Origin: an uncultured Alcaligenaceae bacterium | GTDB taxonomy: Bacteria; Pseudomonadota; Gammaproteobacteria; Burkholderiales; Burkholderiaceae_B | Direction of reading: 5' to 3' | Assembly (NCBI GenBank): GCA_937952975.1 | Contig: CALFXX010000122.1 | Coordinates: forward strand, 425-64,424 | Length of the DNA stretch: 64,000 bases | In this document: positions 9,757-19,445 of the stretch, piece after piece | Layout of the letters: each line of letters starts with the position of its first letter | Position numbering within the stretch: position 1 is the first letter of the stretch | Translations under genes and position numbers: made by a program | Notes under the pieces: generated by a model | What the model saw: the letters and a program-made list of their open reading frames with translations, nothing else | Told to the model about the DNA's origin: nothing | Database searches by the model: none

Positions 9757-10679
9757 TAGGTTTGCCGCAAAATGTGTTTTTTAACTTTGCGCCACTGCCG
9801 CTTCGCAAAGGATGGGGCAATCTGGTCTTGCGAAATAAACTGATCGCCCTGCGGATCTTGCAACACAAAACTTGGATGCACGAGCGGAAACCGCATCGGC
9901 TCGGTTGGCATATCGGCATGAATACCCACCACATGGGTGTGCGTTGCGTCCGGGCCAAAGCCAATGTTCGAAATCAGATTTACGTTTGGCACAATTTGCA
10001 GCATGCCTTTTAGCAGAGCAGTGAACGTCCATGAACAATCCCACGTATCTAAGCTGCCGTCATGCACCGCTTCAAACGAATTGCGCCAGTATTGTTGCTC
10101 GCCGGCTGAGGCAAAGGTGACCTCAAGCCAACCCTCGTCTCTAAACGCTGGCCACTGTTTGATATCGCGATCATAATGTTGCCACGCGCGACGCCAAGAG
10201 GCCCAGCCCCAAATATGCGTATAGCGCGAAAAATAATAGCTACCCAAACCACGCTTGCGCCCAAACTGTAGGTTGCCACCCGACACCATACTGATCCGCT
10301 CGTTATCTCGATAGCGCTCGAGCATCTCTTGACAGAATCTAAAAAAGGTTGGCTCGGGCAAGCAATCATCTTCAAGAATAATTGCCTCGGGTACTTGCTC
10401 AAAGATCCAGTCGATGCCACTTGCAACCCTAACTTTGCAGCCCAAATTAGTATCTGAAAAATTCGTGAGTACTTCACAATCCCAGTCAATATTTTTGATG
10501 AGCGCGCGTGTTTGCTCGCACTTTTCAGCTTCACCGGGCCGATTGGCACGCGGGCCATCTGCCACCACTAAAAGCTTGGGTGGCTTTGCTTTAGCGATTT
10601 CTTTAAATACCCTTGCTGCCGTGTCAGGGCGATTAAAGATGATTAAAGCAACCGGTGTGGTGAGTTGAAATTCGGGCAT
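9756..10679 (-). CDS. EDD-motif GT-A glycosyltransferase-like protein, paralog 1 of 3
   Basis: ALIIFNRPD..LLVVADGPR..ILEDDCLP..HIWGWASWRRAW. The GT-A layout with an EDD acid motif resembles GnT-I-like enzymes. It is homologous to 16545-17522 and 22583-23521. Confidence 0.65.
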   Translation of the reverse strand: MPEFQLTTPVALIIFNRPDTAARVFKEIAKAKPPKLLVVADGPRANRPGEAEKCEQTRALIKNIDWDCEVLTNFSDTNLGCKVRVASGIDWIFEQVPEAIILEDDCLPEPTFFRFCQEMLERYRDNERISMVSGGNLQFGRKRGLGSYYFSRYTHIWGWASWRRAWQHYDRDIKQWPAFRDEGWLEVTFASAGEQQYWRNSFEAVHDGSLDTWDCSWTFTALLKGMLQIVPNVNLISNIGFGPDATHTHVVGIHADMPTEPMRFPLVHPSFVLQDPQGDQFISQDQIAPSFAKRQWRKVKKHILRQT

Positions 10680-10696
10680 CGTGCCTTTAAGTACCG

Positions 10697-12109
10697 TTAT
10701 GGTGTTTTTAAAATAGCTTGAAGTTTGGCCTGCATAGCCGCTTCATTGAAGTTTTGACGGTATAACTCGAAATTATCCTTGATATTTTCAATGCTATCTA
10801 GTGCTAGCAACCCCCGATACATACTGACTGCTGAATCTTGGGCAACCGCAAAACCTATTTTGTAATGTTCAACGCGTTTGCCCATCAACTGCCCGTCAGC
10901 CACTAAGATGGGTTTTTCAAAATACGCGGCTTTAGACAACATATTGCTGCTGCGCGCAAAATCTCGATAAACAGCAAAAATAACGCTCGAAAGCGCGATG
11001 ATTTCATTAAATTGGCGTTCGTCGGCCAAGTATTCGGGCTGTATCCACAGATTTTCAGGTGGGTTTTTGACGATATTGGTCAGCGCCACTTGGTCTTCAG
11101 GCAGCAAGTTATTGTGATTCAGTCGGCCGATTTGTACAAAAAACCAGTCTTTGGGGTTGGCTAAGGAGATGAGCGCAAACCAGCGCGCCAGGTTTTTTTG
11201 TTTGCCGATCGAACCGCCCATAAATACGATTTTTCTGTTGGCGGCGCGCTCAAGGATTTGTTTTGCCAAAGGGGTTACCTGACCAGGCAAGTTGGTATCG
11301 GCGATATCGGGTAGGTATTCAAACACCCGCTCGGGCATGTGTTGCTGGTAGGCTGCGCACACCGCTTCATCTAAAAAACACGTGCCGTGATACGACGACA
11401 CGCTGTAATAGCCCGCCGTTGGCAGCGGGCTTGGGCTAATGCATAGACCAAACCATGGGGTATCTTGCCATAAGGCAAAGTTTGCCCACGTGTTCTGATC
11501 GGTTGGGTATGCGTCAATATACATATTGAGCACCGTTTTGACCTGACCTGGGTATTGCCTTAACACCTGATTGACTTGCTCGCAAAACTGCTTAGGGTCG
11601 AGAGTTGTAGCGCTAGGTGATTCTTTTAAGGTTGCTTGGGTGCGCTTTGGCGTAGTGTGCGAGAGTTCTTGATTTGTATTTTTCGTACTCGCTGGGGTCG
11701 GTGACTGAAACCGTTGCTGACGCGTCTGCCGATAAAGCGAATGAGCTGTAGTTAACAGGCGATCCAGTGCCTTGACAGGCGCTCGGTACCAGGTACGCTG
11801 ATAACGCGCTTTATCATTTAACGCCTGCCAACGTAGCCAAGCGCCTCTAGCAAACGATAAAGAGGCTGTGACTGACAAGGAGTTCGATCGTGTGCTTTCG
11901 GTATCGAGTACAACTAAGGCCTCGGTTTCCCGAAGGCCGTGCGCTTGAAGTTTTTTGATTAAGCTTGCAGGGTCGGGACTTAACGCAATCACTGCTTGGC
12001 CAGCTTGGTGCAACAGCTTAATAAACAGTACGTGCCACGAATCTAAATGCCCTTCGTTTGAGATCGGGTTATAGAGGACAACATAGCGGCGCGGCGCGGC
12101 CATGCTCAA
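10697..12109 (-). CDS. Uncharacterised protein, paralog B (470 aa); possible divergent GT-B-fold transferase
   Basis: It shares YNPISNEGHLDSW, NMYIDAYP, IVFMGGSIGKQKNLARW, WFFVQIG, IFAVYRDFARSSNMLSKAAYFEKPILVADG with 13371-14612. I could recognise no known family. ATGA overlap with the upstream GT4. Confidence 0.6.
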   Translation of the reverse strand: MSMAAPRRYVVLYNPISNEGHLDSWHVLFIKLLHQAGQAVIALSPDPASLIKKLQAHGLRETEALVVLDTESTRSNSLSVTASLSFARGAWLRWQALNDKARYQRTWYRAPVKALDRLLTTAHSLYRQTRQQRFQSPTPASTKNTNQELSHTTPKRTQATLKESPSATTLDPKQFCEQVNQVLRQYPGQVKTVLNMYIDAYPTDQNTWANFALWQDTPWFGLCISPSPLPTAGYYSVSSYHGTCFLDEAVCAAYQQHMPERVFEYLPDIADTNLPGQVTPLAKQILERAANRKIVFMGGSIGKQKNLARWFALISLANPKDWFFVQIGRLNHNNLLPEDQVALTNIVKNPPENLWIQPEYLADERQFNEIIALSSVIFAVYRDFARSSNMLSKAAYFEKPILVADGQLMGKRVEHYKIGFAVAQDSAVSMYRGLLALDSIENIKDNFELYRQNFNEAAMQAKLQAILKTP

Positions 12110-13374
12110 GCGCGCGCTCGTTCAATCGCCTGCTCGTAAACAGCGAGATATTGCTGCGTGACGACTTCAGGTGAAAAGCGTTCAAGCGCCTGTTGTCGTG
12201 CGGCGCCCGATAGTGCATGCCAACGTGTTAAGTCTTGCAGAACCCAAGCAATTCCAGTGGCCAAGTCGTTTGTATCAAAGGCGGGGGATAGCCAACCTGT
12301 TTGCTGGTGAGTCACAATATCTGGCAAACCGCCAATGTTGAACGCTACCACTGGCACACCACAGGCGTGCGCTTCAATCGCGGTATTGGGTAAGTTGTCT
12401 TGCCGCGACGGTACGGCCATCACGTCTGCTGCCGCATAGATCAGCGTCATCACATGATCATCGCGCACGGGCCCCAGCCAATGCACAAGGCAGGGCCAGG
12501 TGCTTTCGCCTGCCGGTTTGTATTGACCAAAGATCAAGAGCTCGGGCTGCTGAGCGTAGCGGCTAGCAACGCTGGCCATCGCCTGCTTGAGCAGGTCTTC
12601 GCCCTTTAAGTACGGCATTCCACCCGCTGAACCCGACAGCACATAAGGCTTGTTTTGTTCTAAGCCTAATACGGCCCGCGCATATTGTTTTGAAATCGGT
12701 CGCCAAAGGTGTTGCATCTCAAGCGGGTTTGGAATCGCCTGCACCGGTGACTGACGAAACAACACACTTTGGCGTGCGCAGTTGGCCATCCAACGGCCTG
12801 GGGTCACGATATTAAAAGTTTGGTTTACCCAAGCCTGCTGCTTAGCCAACCAAGCTTTGCGATTGAGATCAGGGCCTGCTTCACCCGCGGGGCGGTTGCC
12901 TGGCAAATACCCGGCCCTAAATCTTGACTCGGTGTTGTCATCGGGCACGATATGTTCGCCACCACAAAACGCCCACATGTCGTGCAGTGTCCACACTAAG
13001 GGTTTGGTGATTGCGCCGATATCTTTAATTGAAAGCAGATTCACCACCCAGTGCAGGTTAATAACATCAGCATCAGATTGATTAATTTCATTCACTATGC
13101 CAGCGCTTGCTTGGCCAAAGGAATGCATGATCAGGTTATCAGTTTTAAAGTTGCGCGCTTGAAACGCGTTTAACTTTTGTTGAAGGCGGCCTTTAACTTT
13201 TTGACTCAAACTACGCTGCGCTTTGCCGGCGATGACACGATCGTTAGCCGTGTTGTGTGTCAACACGCGCATCGTGCTTTCAACTCCCTGTTGCAATAAT
13301 GCCATGTGCAGGCGATAGGCTGCGCGTGCGGCCCCGCCACTTAAATCGTCAGTCGACAGGTGCCAAACTTTCAT
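12106..13374 (-). CDS. Glycosyltransferase family 4 (GT-B)
   Basis: VMAVPSRQDNLPNTAIEAHACGVPVVAFNIGGLPDIV is a GT4 C-terminal motif. 4-nt overlaps occur at both ends. Confidence 0.85.
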   Translation of the reverse strand: MKVWHLSTDDLSGGAARAAYRLHMALLQQGVESTMRVLTHNTANDRVIAGKAQRSLSQKVKGRLQQKLNAFQARNFKTDNLIMHSFGQASAGIVNEINQSDADVINLHWVVNLLSIKDIGAITKPLVWTLHDMWAFCGGEHIVPDDNTESRFRAGYLPGNRPAGEAGPDLNRKAWLAKQQAWVNQTFNIVTPGRWMANCARQSVLFRQSPVQAIPNPLEMQHLWRPISKQYARAVLGLEQNKPYVLSGSAGGMPYLKGEDLLKQAMASVASRYAQQPELLIFGQYKPAGESTWPCLVHWLGPVRDDHVMTLIYAAADVMAVPSRQDNLPNTAIEAHACGVPVVAFNIGGLPDIVTHQQTGWLSPAFDTNDLATGIAWVLQDLTRWHALSGAARQQALERFSPEVVTQQYLAVYEQAIERARA

Positions 13375-14612
13375 TTTGCACCTTGGTAACTGTTAGTGAG
13401 GCACGCCCTCAAGGTGGCCGTTAATTGGCTGCCAAGTGCCTGTGCGCTAAAGTCTTTGCGGTAGGCTTCGAAGTGATCTTTTAAATTGCTTTGGTTCTGC
13501 CTTAACTGCTGCAGCCCCTTGTACATTTGTTCAACATCATTTTCTGGCACGGCCAAACCGATACCGTATTGCTGTACACGCTGCCCCATCAGATGCCCTT
13601 CGGCTACCAAGATCGGTTTTTCAAAGGCCGCAGCCTTACCGGGCATGTTGCTGCTGACGGTAAAGTTACGATACACAGCAAAAATAATATTGCTGGCTGC
13701 AATCACTTCATTAAACGCAGCCTCATCGGGTAAGTATTCGCGTCTGACAAATAAATTGGCTGGACATTGCTCAGTGACTTTAGCCAGGGCTTGAGCATCT
13801 TCGGGGGTGAGGGTGTTTTCAAACATCTCACCGATTTGCACGAAATACCACTTTGATGGGTCGGCTAGGGCAATCAGTTCATACCACTTTGCCAAGTTTT
13901 TGTTACCGCCAAGCGTGCCACCTAAAAAAACAATCGCACGGCCCTGTGCGTGCGCTTTGATCTGAGTCACGAGCTCAGTTTGCTCGGCAGGCAAAGAATT
14001 TTCGGTGATATCCGGCAAATAGCCAAAAGCTTTATTGGGCATGAGCGTTTGGTACTGTTGATGAATGATCTCATCCAAAAAACACATGCCCGCCAAAGAC
14101 TGCAGTTTGTAATAGGCCTCGGTGCCCGCTTCGCTAGGAACAAAACGGATACCCGCCCATGGCAATGGGTTAACGGCATCGAACAATGCCCAACGCTTTT
14201 GATCAGGCGCATACATATCCATATACATATTGAATATGATTGATGGCCGCCATTTGCTTCTCTTTTTAAAGATCGCCAAACGCTGGCCTAGATCGAAGGG
14301 ATCTAAATACCTAGGATCAATCTGTTGTTCGTCAGAGGCTGTTTGCGACGAGACCATTCGGCGTAAACGGCCCAGCACTCGTTGCAACAAACTGCGGCGC
14401 GAAGTATTCCACTCGAGGATATGAAGGTTTGGGTGGGCCACATAATTTTTACGCGTCAACCGTTCCCGCAAGTCCTCCGCATCGGGGGTTGCAACATTGA
14501 CGCGCCAACCCGCGTCGAGCAACAGCGCAACAAACATTGCACTCCACGAATCAAGATGCCCATGGCCTGAGATCGGGTTGTACAACAAGACGCAGGGGAT
14601 GGTCGGGTTCAT
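13371..14612 (-). CDS. Uncharacterised protein, paralog A (413 aa); possible divergent GT-B-fold transferase
   Basis: YNPISGHGHLDSW, NMYMDMYAP, IVFLGGTLGGNKNLAKW, WYFVQIG, IFAVYRNFTVSSNMPGKAAAFEKPILVAEG. I moved the start to the ATG at 14612 (MNPTIPC), which forms an ATGA overlap with the asnB-like stop at 14609-14611. Confidence 0.6.
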   Translation of the reverse strand: MNPTIPCVLLYNPISGHGHLDSWSAMFVALLLDAGWRVNVATPDAEDLRERLTRKNYVAHPNLHILEWNTSRRSLLQRVLGRLRRMVSSQTASDEQQIDPRYLDPFDLGQRLAIFKKRSKWRPSIIFNMYMDMYAPDQKRWALFDAVNPLPWAGIRFVPSEAGTEAYYKLQSLAGMCFLDEIIHQQYQTLMPNKAFGYLPDITENSLPAEQTELVTQIKAHAQGRAIVFLGGTLGGNKNLAKWYELIALADPSKWYFVQIGEMFENTLTPEDAQALAKVTEQCPANLFVRREYLPDEAAFNEVIAASNIIFAVYRNFTVSSNMPGKAAAFEKPILVAEGHLMGQRVQQYGIGLAVPENDVEQMYKGLQQLRQNQSNLKDHFEAYRKDFSAQALGSQLTATLRACLTNSYQGAK

Positions 14613-16543
14613 GCGGCAACAACCTTTTGGTACCACTGTTCTAGCAAGACAAGCTTATAGGTAAAAAACAATCCGCTCCAATTCTTTTTAGAGAGTTGTT
14701 TGAATAGATAGTCAAGCTTGTTTGGTGCCAACACCCCATCGCGCACAAGTTGCCCATCACGCAAACTGTCGCCATATTTGGCGACCACACCAGATAACCA
14801 TTCATGCAGGGGCGGCTGAAACCCTGCTTTCGGTCGAGCAAGCACCTCGTCAGGTAACACCCCTTTTAACGCCGCACGCAGCCACGCCTTTTGCCCGAGC
14901 CCATGATCAGGCTGTTGAGCGCGCAGACCCATCACGAGTGCAATAAGCTTTGCGTCTAAAAATGGCATTCTGGTTTCGACACCCACTGCCATAGATACCC
15001 GATCGCCAAGTGATAAACAGTTTGAAGCCAGCCAAGTATCAAATAACATTCGGATCACCGCAGCTGGGATCTTATCTTTGCTGCGCAAACCAATCGCGGT
15101 GGGTGCGAAGAGGCTTTTATTGGTCAGGCTTTGCATAGCGCTGCCATACATCGCCGCTTTCATTTCAAACGGCTCGGCAAAGTCTGGGTGCAGCAGGTAA
15201 TAAAACAACTGTTCTGCAGGTTGATGGGTATCCGATATTTTTTGCAAAACATCGGCCCAATACTTTAATTGAGGGTTTGCGTACGGATAGTGAGCAACTT
15301 TAGTTAAAAAGGTTTGAGCCGCCGTTGACCCCAGCCACGTTGCAAAGTGTTTGAGGCTTGTGTGCTCAAGCAATAATTGATTTAGCCGAACTGCTTGGGT
15401 AGTATACGGATACCCCCAAAAGACTTCATCGCCACCTACGCCAGACAATAAAACTTTAATCCCTTGCTCTGCCGCCGCGCGTGGCACTGAATAATGCCCA
15501 AAAGCCGCAGGGTCAGCAATGGGTTCATCCATCACCCGCACGAGCTCTGGAAAGAAATCGACAAAACTTTCAACCGGTAATTCAACTTCATGCACAATCA
15601 TGCCTAACGACTCTGCAAGGGCGCGCGCCTGCCCACGCTCATCGTACGGTGGACGCCCGGGGTAACCTACGCAAAACGCGTGCATGGGTTCAGGGTAGTT
15701 TTTTTGCGCGAATGCGGCGATCGCCCCCGAGTCGATGCCTCCCGACAAGGCGACGCCAACCGGCACATCAGAGCGCAAGGTCATTTTGACGGCGTCTTCT
15801 AATGCAGAGCGGATACGAGGTAAGAATTGACTTGCGTCGTTCGCTTGCGGCTCAGGCTCTGCTGCCATTTCAACAGACCAATAGGACGCGGGCGTTGCGT
15901 ACCAATCTTCGAGCGACACCGTCAGGGTGTGGCCAGCCGCGAGTTTGTGAACACCGTTGAGCAGGGTATTGGGCTCGGGCACGTATTGATAGTGCAAATA
16001 CATGTCGATCGCTTCGACATTTAAGCTTGGTCTCTCTGCCAACAAGGGCACCAAGGCCTTTAATTCAGAAGCAAAGATCAAACCCCGCTCGGTATGTTGG
16101 TAGAAAAGCGGTTTTTCGCCACAACGATCACGCGCTAAGAAAGCGGTTTGGGTTTGCGTATCCCACAAGACAAAAGCAAACATACCGCGAAACCGTTGCA
16201 CGCAGGCAGCACCCCACACATGATAGGCCGCCAACAGTACCTCAGTATCTGAGTGGCTGGTAAAGATTTGGCCTAAGGCTTCAAGCTCTGCGCGTAACTC
16301 AAGGTAGTTGTAAATTTCACCGTTATAGGTCACGACGTAACGGTTGTTGTGACTCAGCATGGGCTGATGGCCCGCGTTGGTCAGATCAATAATGGATAAG
16401 CGCGTATGACCAAACTGGATATGCGCATCTGTAAATATGCCCGTACCATCTGGCCCGCGATGCGCCAATCGCGACAACGCCTGCTCACTAAGCGGCGGAC
16501 GTTGCCCCATTTGACGATGTACGAAACCTAAGATACCGCACAT
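14609..16543 (-). CDS. Asparagine synthase (glutamine-hydrolysing) family amidotransferase, AsnB/WbpS-like
   Basis: MCGILGF gives the N-terminal nucleophile Cys2 (class II GATase). SGGIDS is the PP-loop of the synthetase domain. At 644 aa it is full length. Confidence 0.9.
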   Translation of the reverse strand: MCGILGFVHRQMGQRPPLSEQALSRLAHRGPDGTGIFTDAHIQFGHTRLSIIDLTNAGHQPMLSHNNRYVVTYNGEIYNYLELRAELEALGQIFTSHSDTEVLLAAYHVWGAACVQRFRGMFAFVLWDTQTQTAFLARDRCGEKPLFYQHTERGLIFASELKALVPLLAERPSLNVEAIDMYLHYQYVPEPNTLLNGVHKLAAGHTLTVSLEDWYATPASYWSVEMAAEPEPQANDASQFLPRIRSALEDAVKMTLRSDVPVGVALSGGIDSGAIAAFAQKNYPEPMHAFCVGYPGRPPYDERGQARALAESLGMIVHEVELPVESFVDFFPELVRVMDEPIADPAAFGHYSVPRAAAEQGIKVLLSGVGGDEVFWGYPYTTQAVRLNQLLLEHTSLKHFATWLGSTAAQTFLTKVAHYPYANPQLKYWADVLQKISDTHQPAEQLFYYLLHPDFAEPFEMKAAMYGSAMQSLTNKSLFAPTAIGLRSKDKIPAAVIRMLFDTWLASNCLSLGDRVSMAVGVETRMPFLDAKLIALVMGLRAQQPDHGLGQKAWLRAALKGVLPDEVLARPKAGFQPPLHEWLSGVVAKYGDSLRDGQLVRDGVLAPNKLDYLFKQLSKKNWSGLFFTYKLVLLEQWYQKVVAA

Positions 16544-16544
16544 G

Positions 16545-17522
16545 TTAGTTTTTTTGCCGTAACGCTTGCTTCAATTTTTTAATAACCCATTGTGGCGAAC
16601 GTAACAATTGATCCCGTCGCTTGACGAAACGATTACGCCAGCGATCGGGGTGCTGTAGCCCCCCAAAGTTATGATCTAGGATAAGGCGATCGGCTGCGCG
16701 ATCTTGCGCAACAACTTTAGGATGACTAAGTGGGCCAAGCGGGTAGACTGGCAAACCCTCTTGATCGCCTGCACTCACGGTGTGGGTTGCCTCGGGGCCA
16801 AAACCTATATTAGTCACAAGGTTGACGTTAGGGGTTGCGGTTAAGCCGCCGTGGTACCACACGCAGGCCGTCCATTGATAATCCCAAGTATCAATTTCAC
16901 CAGCCTTGACGCGATCAAGCAAGTTAGACCAGATTTTGCGCTCAACAGGATCGGGTAATTTTTTTGCCCAGTCTGTGGTGGTTTGCCAGTCAGGCCAAAA
17001 AGGCATGTCAACCCGATAATGTTGCCACGCTCGGCGCCAGGTTGCCCAGCCCCAGCAATGATTAAATTTTGAAAAATAATACGCGGCATCGCCACGCTTT
17101 TTGCCTTGCTGAAAATTATTACCCGTGACAACCCACACGCGCTCGTCGTTGGCATAGCGCTCAAGCAAGGCGTCACAATAAGGAAAGAAATCGTCATGCG
17201 GGATGCAATCGTCCTCAAGGACGATTGCAGTTTCAACTTGCTCAAACACCCAATCAAGGCCAGAGCTAACCCTGCGCTTGCAACCTAAATTTACGTCTGA
17301 ATAGTTGCGCAACACGGTGCACGGCCAATCAATCTGCTCGACGATCGCACGCGTTTCTGCGCAATTTTGAGCGTCGGTCGGGTGTCCTGGTCGTGGTCCA
17401 TCAGCCACAATCAATAAGGTTGCTGGTTGCCTTGCACGAATCGCCGCGAACGTCTGTCGCGTATGACGCGGGCGATTAAAAATAATATAGGCGATGGGTG
17501 TAACAGACATAGGGTCAGGCAC
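16545..17522 (-). CDS. EDD-motif GT-A glycosyltransferase-like protein, paralog 2 of 3
   Basis: AYIIFNRPRHTR..LLIVADGPRPGHPTD..VLEDDCIP..HCWGWATWRRAW..NLVTNIGFGPEATHT. It is very similar to 22583-23521. Confidence 0.65.
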   Translation of the reverse strand: MPDPMSVTPIAYIIFNRPRHTRQTFAAIRARQPATLLIVADGPRPGHPTDAQNCAETRAIVEQIDWPCTVLRNYSDVNLGCKRRVSSGLDWVFEQVETAIVLEDDCIPHDDFFPYCDALLERYANDERVWVVTGNNFQQGKKRGDAAYYFSKFNHCWGWATWRRAWQHYRVDMPFWPDWQTTTDWAKKLPDPVERKIWSNLLDRVKAGEIDTWDYQWTACVWYHGGLTATPNVNLVTNIGFGPEATHTVSAGDQEGLPVYPLGPLSHPKVVAQDRAADRLILDHNFGGLQHPDRWRNRFVKRRDQLLRSPQWVIKKLKQALRQKN

Positions 17523-17607
17523 CAGAGGACGTTAGCTGCATCTGATGAGGCTTATCTTCGCAATGCTTTAGCATCAACGTAACGACAGACATCACGGCGA
17601 GGTCTCC

Positions 17608-19437
17608 TTAAGTCGACGGGTCAGTTAAATCAGACAAACCTGCCAATTGTTTAAATGCGGCAGACGCCACAACAAGCTCTTCATAACTCCCATCTGCGAC
17701 GATACGCCCTGCCTCGAGCATGATGATGCGGTCGCACGCTTGAACGGTACGCAACCGATGCGCAATCAATATCATGGTGCGCTCGGCACTAAGTGTTTGA
17801 ACTGCTTGCATCACGGCGTCTTCAGTCATGCCATCTAACGCACTGGTGGCTTCATCAAAGACTAAGACATCAGGGTTATGATACAGCGCGCGCGCAATGC
17901 CTAGGCGCTGACGCTGCCCACCCGAAAGCTTCACGCCGCGTTCGCCAACAATCGTGTTGTAGCGATCGGGCATCTGGATGATGAACTCATCGGCCTGAGC
18001 CATGCGGGCGGCACGAAGCACGGCGTCGTGGTCAATCTCTTCTTCGGGGATGCCTAGCGCAATATTGCGCGCTACTGAAGCGTTGGTGAGAAAGACTGTT
18101 TGAGGCACATAGCCCACACGACTGCGCCAAGCTCGTTCGTTATCGGCCGAAAGCTCGATGCCATCGACTGCAATCGCGCCCGAATTGGGCGGATACAAAC
18201 CTAAAATTACATCAGCCAAAGTGGTTTTGCCTGAACCGGTACGCCCAACAAAACCGATACTCTGGTTTTGCGGAATGCTAAACGACACATCGTTGAGCGC
18301 GGGGCGATTACCGGTGGGATACGTAAAGCTTAAATGCGACAGCTTGATTTCACGTTTAAACGAAAGCGGCCGAGTATTGTCGGTAACCTGCGGTTGTGTA
18401 CTGTTTCGTACGATCACCAAATCAGCTTCAAGCGACTCGACGGCCCGCGTGTGGTATTTGATGGTAATCGCCGCAGCAAAAAACTGTTGGAAAATCGGGA
18501 CAAGACGATTACCTGCTAAGGCATACAAGGCGAGCGAAGGGATAGCAGCTGTGCCTTCGCCTTTAATCACAAACGCTAACGTGACAGCAACGATGCCTGC
18601 ATAAGCAAACACTTCGATAACATAGCGCGGCAGGGCTGAAGCAAGCAGGTTTGAGGCCTGCGTGTCGGTTAATTCAGAGAACGATTTTTTGTATTCGGTT
18701 GTTGAGGCGGATTCTCGGCCTAAGACGCGCAGTTCTTTGATGCCAGATAGGCCTTCAAGTGAGATGCGGCCTACGGCTAGACTCGCCTCGACCATTTTTG
18801 CACCCAGGCGAACCTGTCTTGCCCGGATCAGGCGATAGACAAACATGTAGCCGCAGCCTAACACCAACACAGTACCTAGCGCGACTGTTGGATCGACAAT
18901 AATAATCAAACTGATTAGTACTAAACCGCTTAAGCCCTTAGCAACCACGCCAAGTAACGAGGCCAAGAAGCCACCTAATGCCGATTCAACATCACCTCCA
19001 ATCACGCGGCCTAAGGAAGGGGTGTCGCGCTGCACATGAAACGAATAAGGTAAATATAGGTAGCCGGTAAAGAGTTCTGAAGACAACTCTCTGCGTGCTA
19101 GCGCAATGTAATGTGTTTGTATCCACAAGTTAGCGGCGGTCACGACGTTACCGATAGCGAGAACAGCAACCGTTAAAACGCCCGCACCAATCACGGCACC
19201 CTGTTGGGTTTGGATATTGAACAGCTTAAGGGATTGTTCAAGCCAGGGGTATTTGAACAACACACCTGGATCCATCACGACTGCCATAAACGGCAGTATC
19301 GACGCCACACTTGCTGTTTCAAAGATTGCGGCGATCAAACTAACGACCACAACAAAGGGCAGGCCTCGCTTGCTGGCGGCAGGCAATATACGATAGAGCC
19401 GTGTAAACGGAAGCAACACGCCCGAAACAATGTTCAC
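17608..19437 (-). CDS. Fused TMD-NBD ABC exporter (type I exporter, MsbA/PglK-like)
   Basis: The N-terminal half has six hydrophobic segments. The C-terminal NBD has Walker A GRTGSGKTT, signature LSGGQRQR and Walker B VLVFDEATSALD. Confidence 0.9.
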   Translation of the reverse strand: MNIVSGVLLPFTRLYRILPAASKRGLPFVVVVSLIAAIFETASVASILPFMAVVMDPGVLFKYPWLEQSLKLFNIQTQQGAVIGAGVLTVAVLAIGNVVTAANLWIQTHYIALARRELSSELFTGYLYLPYSFHVQRDTPSLGRVIGGDVESALGGFLASLLGVVAKGLSGLVLISLIIIVDPTVALGTVLVLGCGYMFVYRLIRARQVRLGAKMVEASLAVGRISLEGLSGIKELRVLGRESASTTEYKKSFSELTDTQASNLLASALPRYVIEVFAYAGIVAVTLAFVIKGEGTAAIPSLALYALAGNRLVPIFQQFFAAAITIKYHTRAVESLEADLVIVRNSTQPQVTDNTRPLSFKREIKLSHLSFTYPTGNRPALNDVSFSIPQNQSIGFVGRTGSGKTTLADVILGLYPPNSGAIAVDGIELSADNERAWRSRVGYVPQTVFLTNASVARNIALGIPEEEIDHDAVLRAARMAQADEFIIQMPDRYNTIVGERGVKLSGGQRQRLGIARALYHNPDVLVFDEATSALDGMTEDAVMQAVQTLSAERTMILIAHRLRTVQACDRIIMLEAGRIVADGSYEELVVASAAFKQLAGLSDLTDPST

Positions 19438-19445
19438 AGTGGTGC

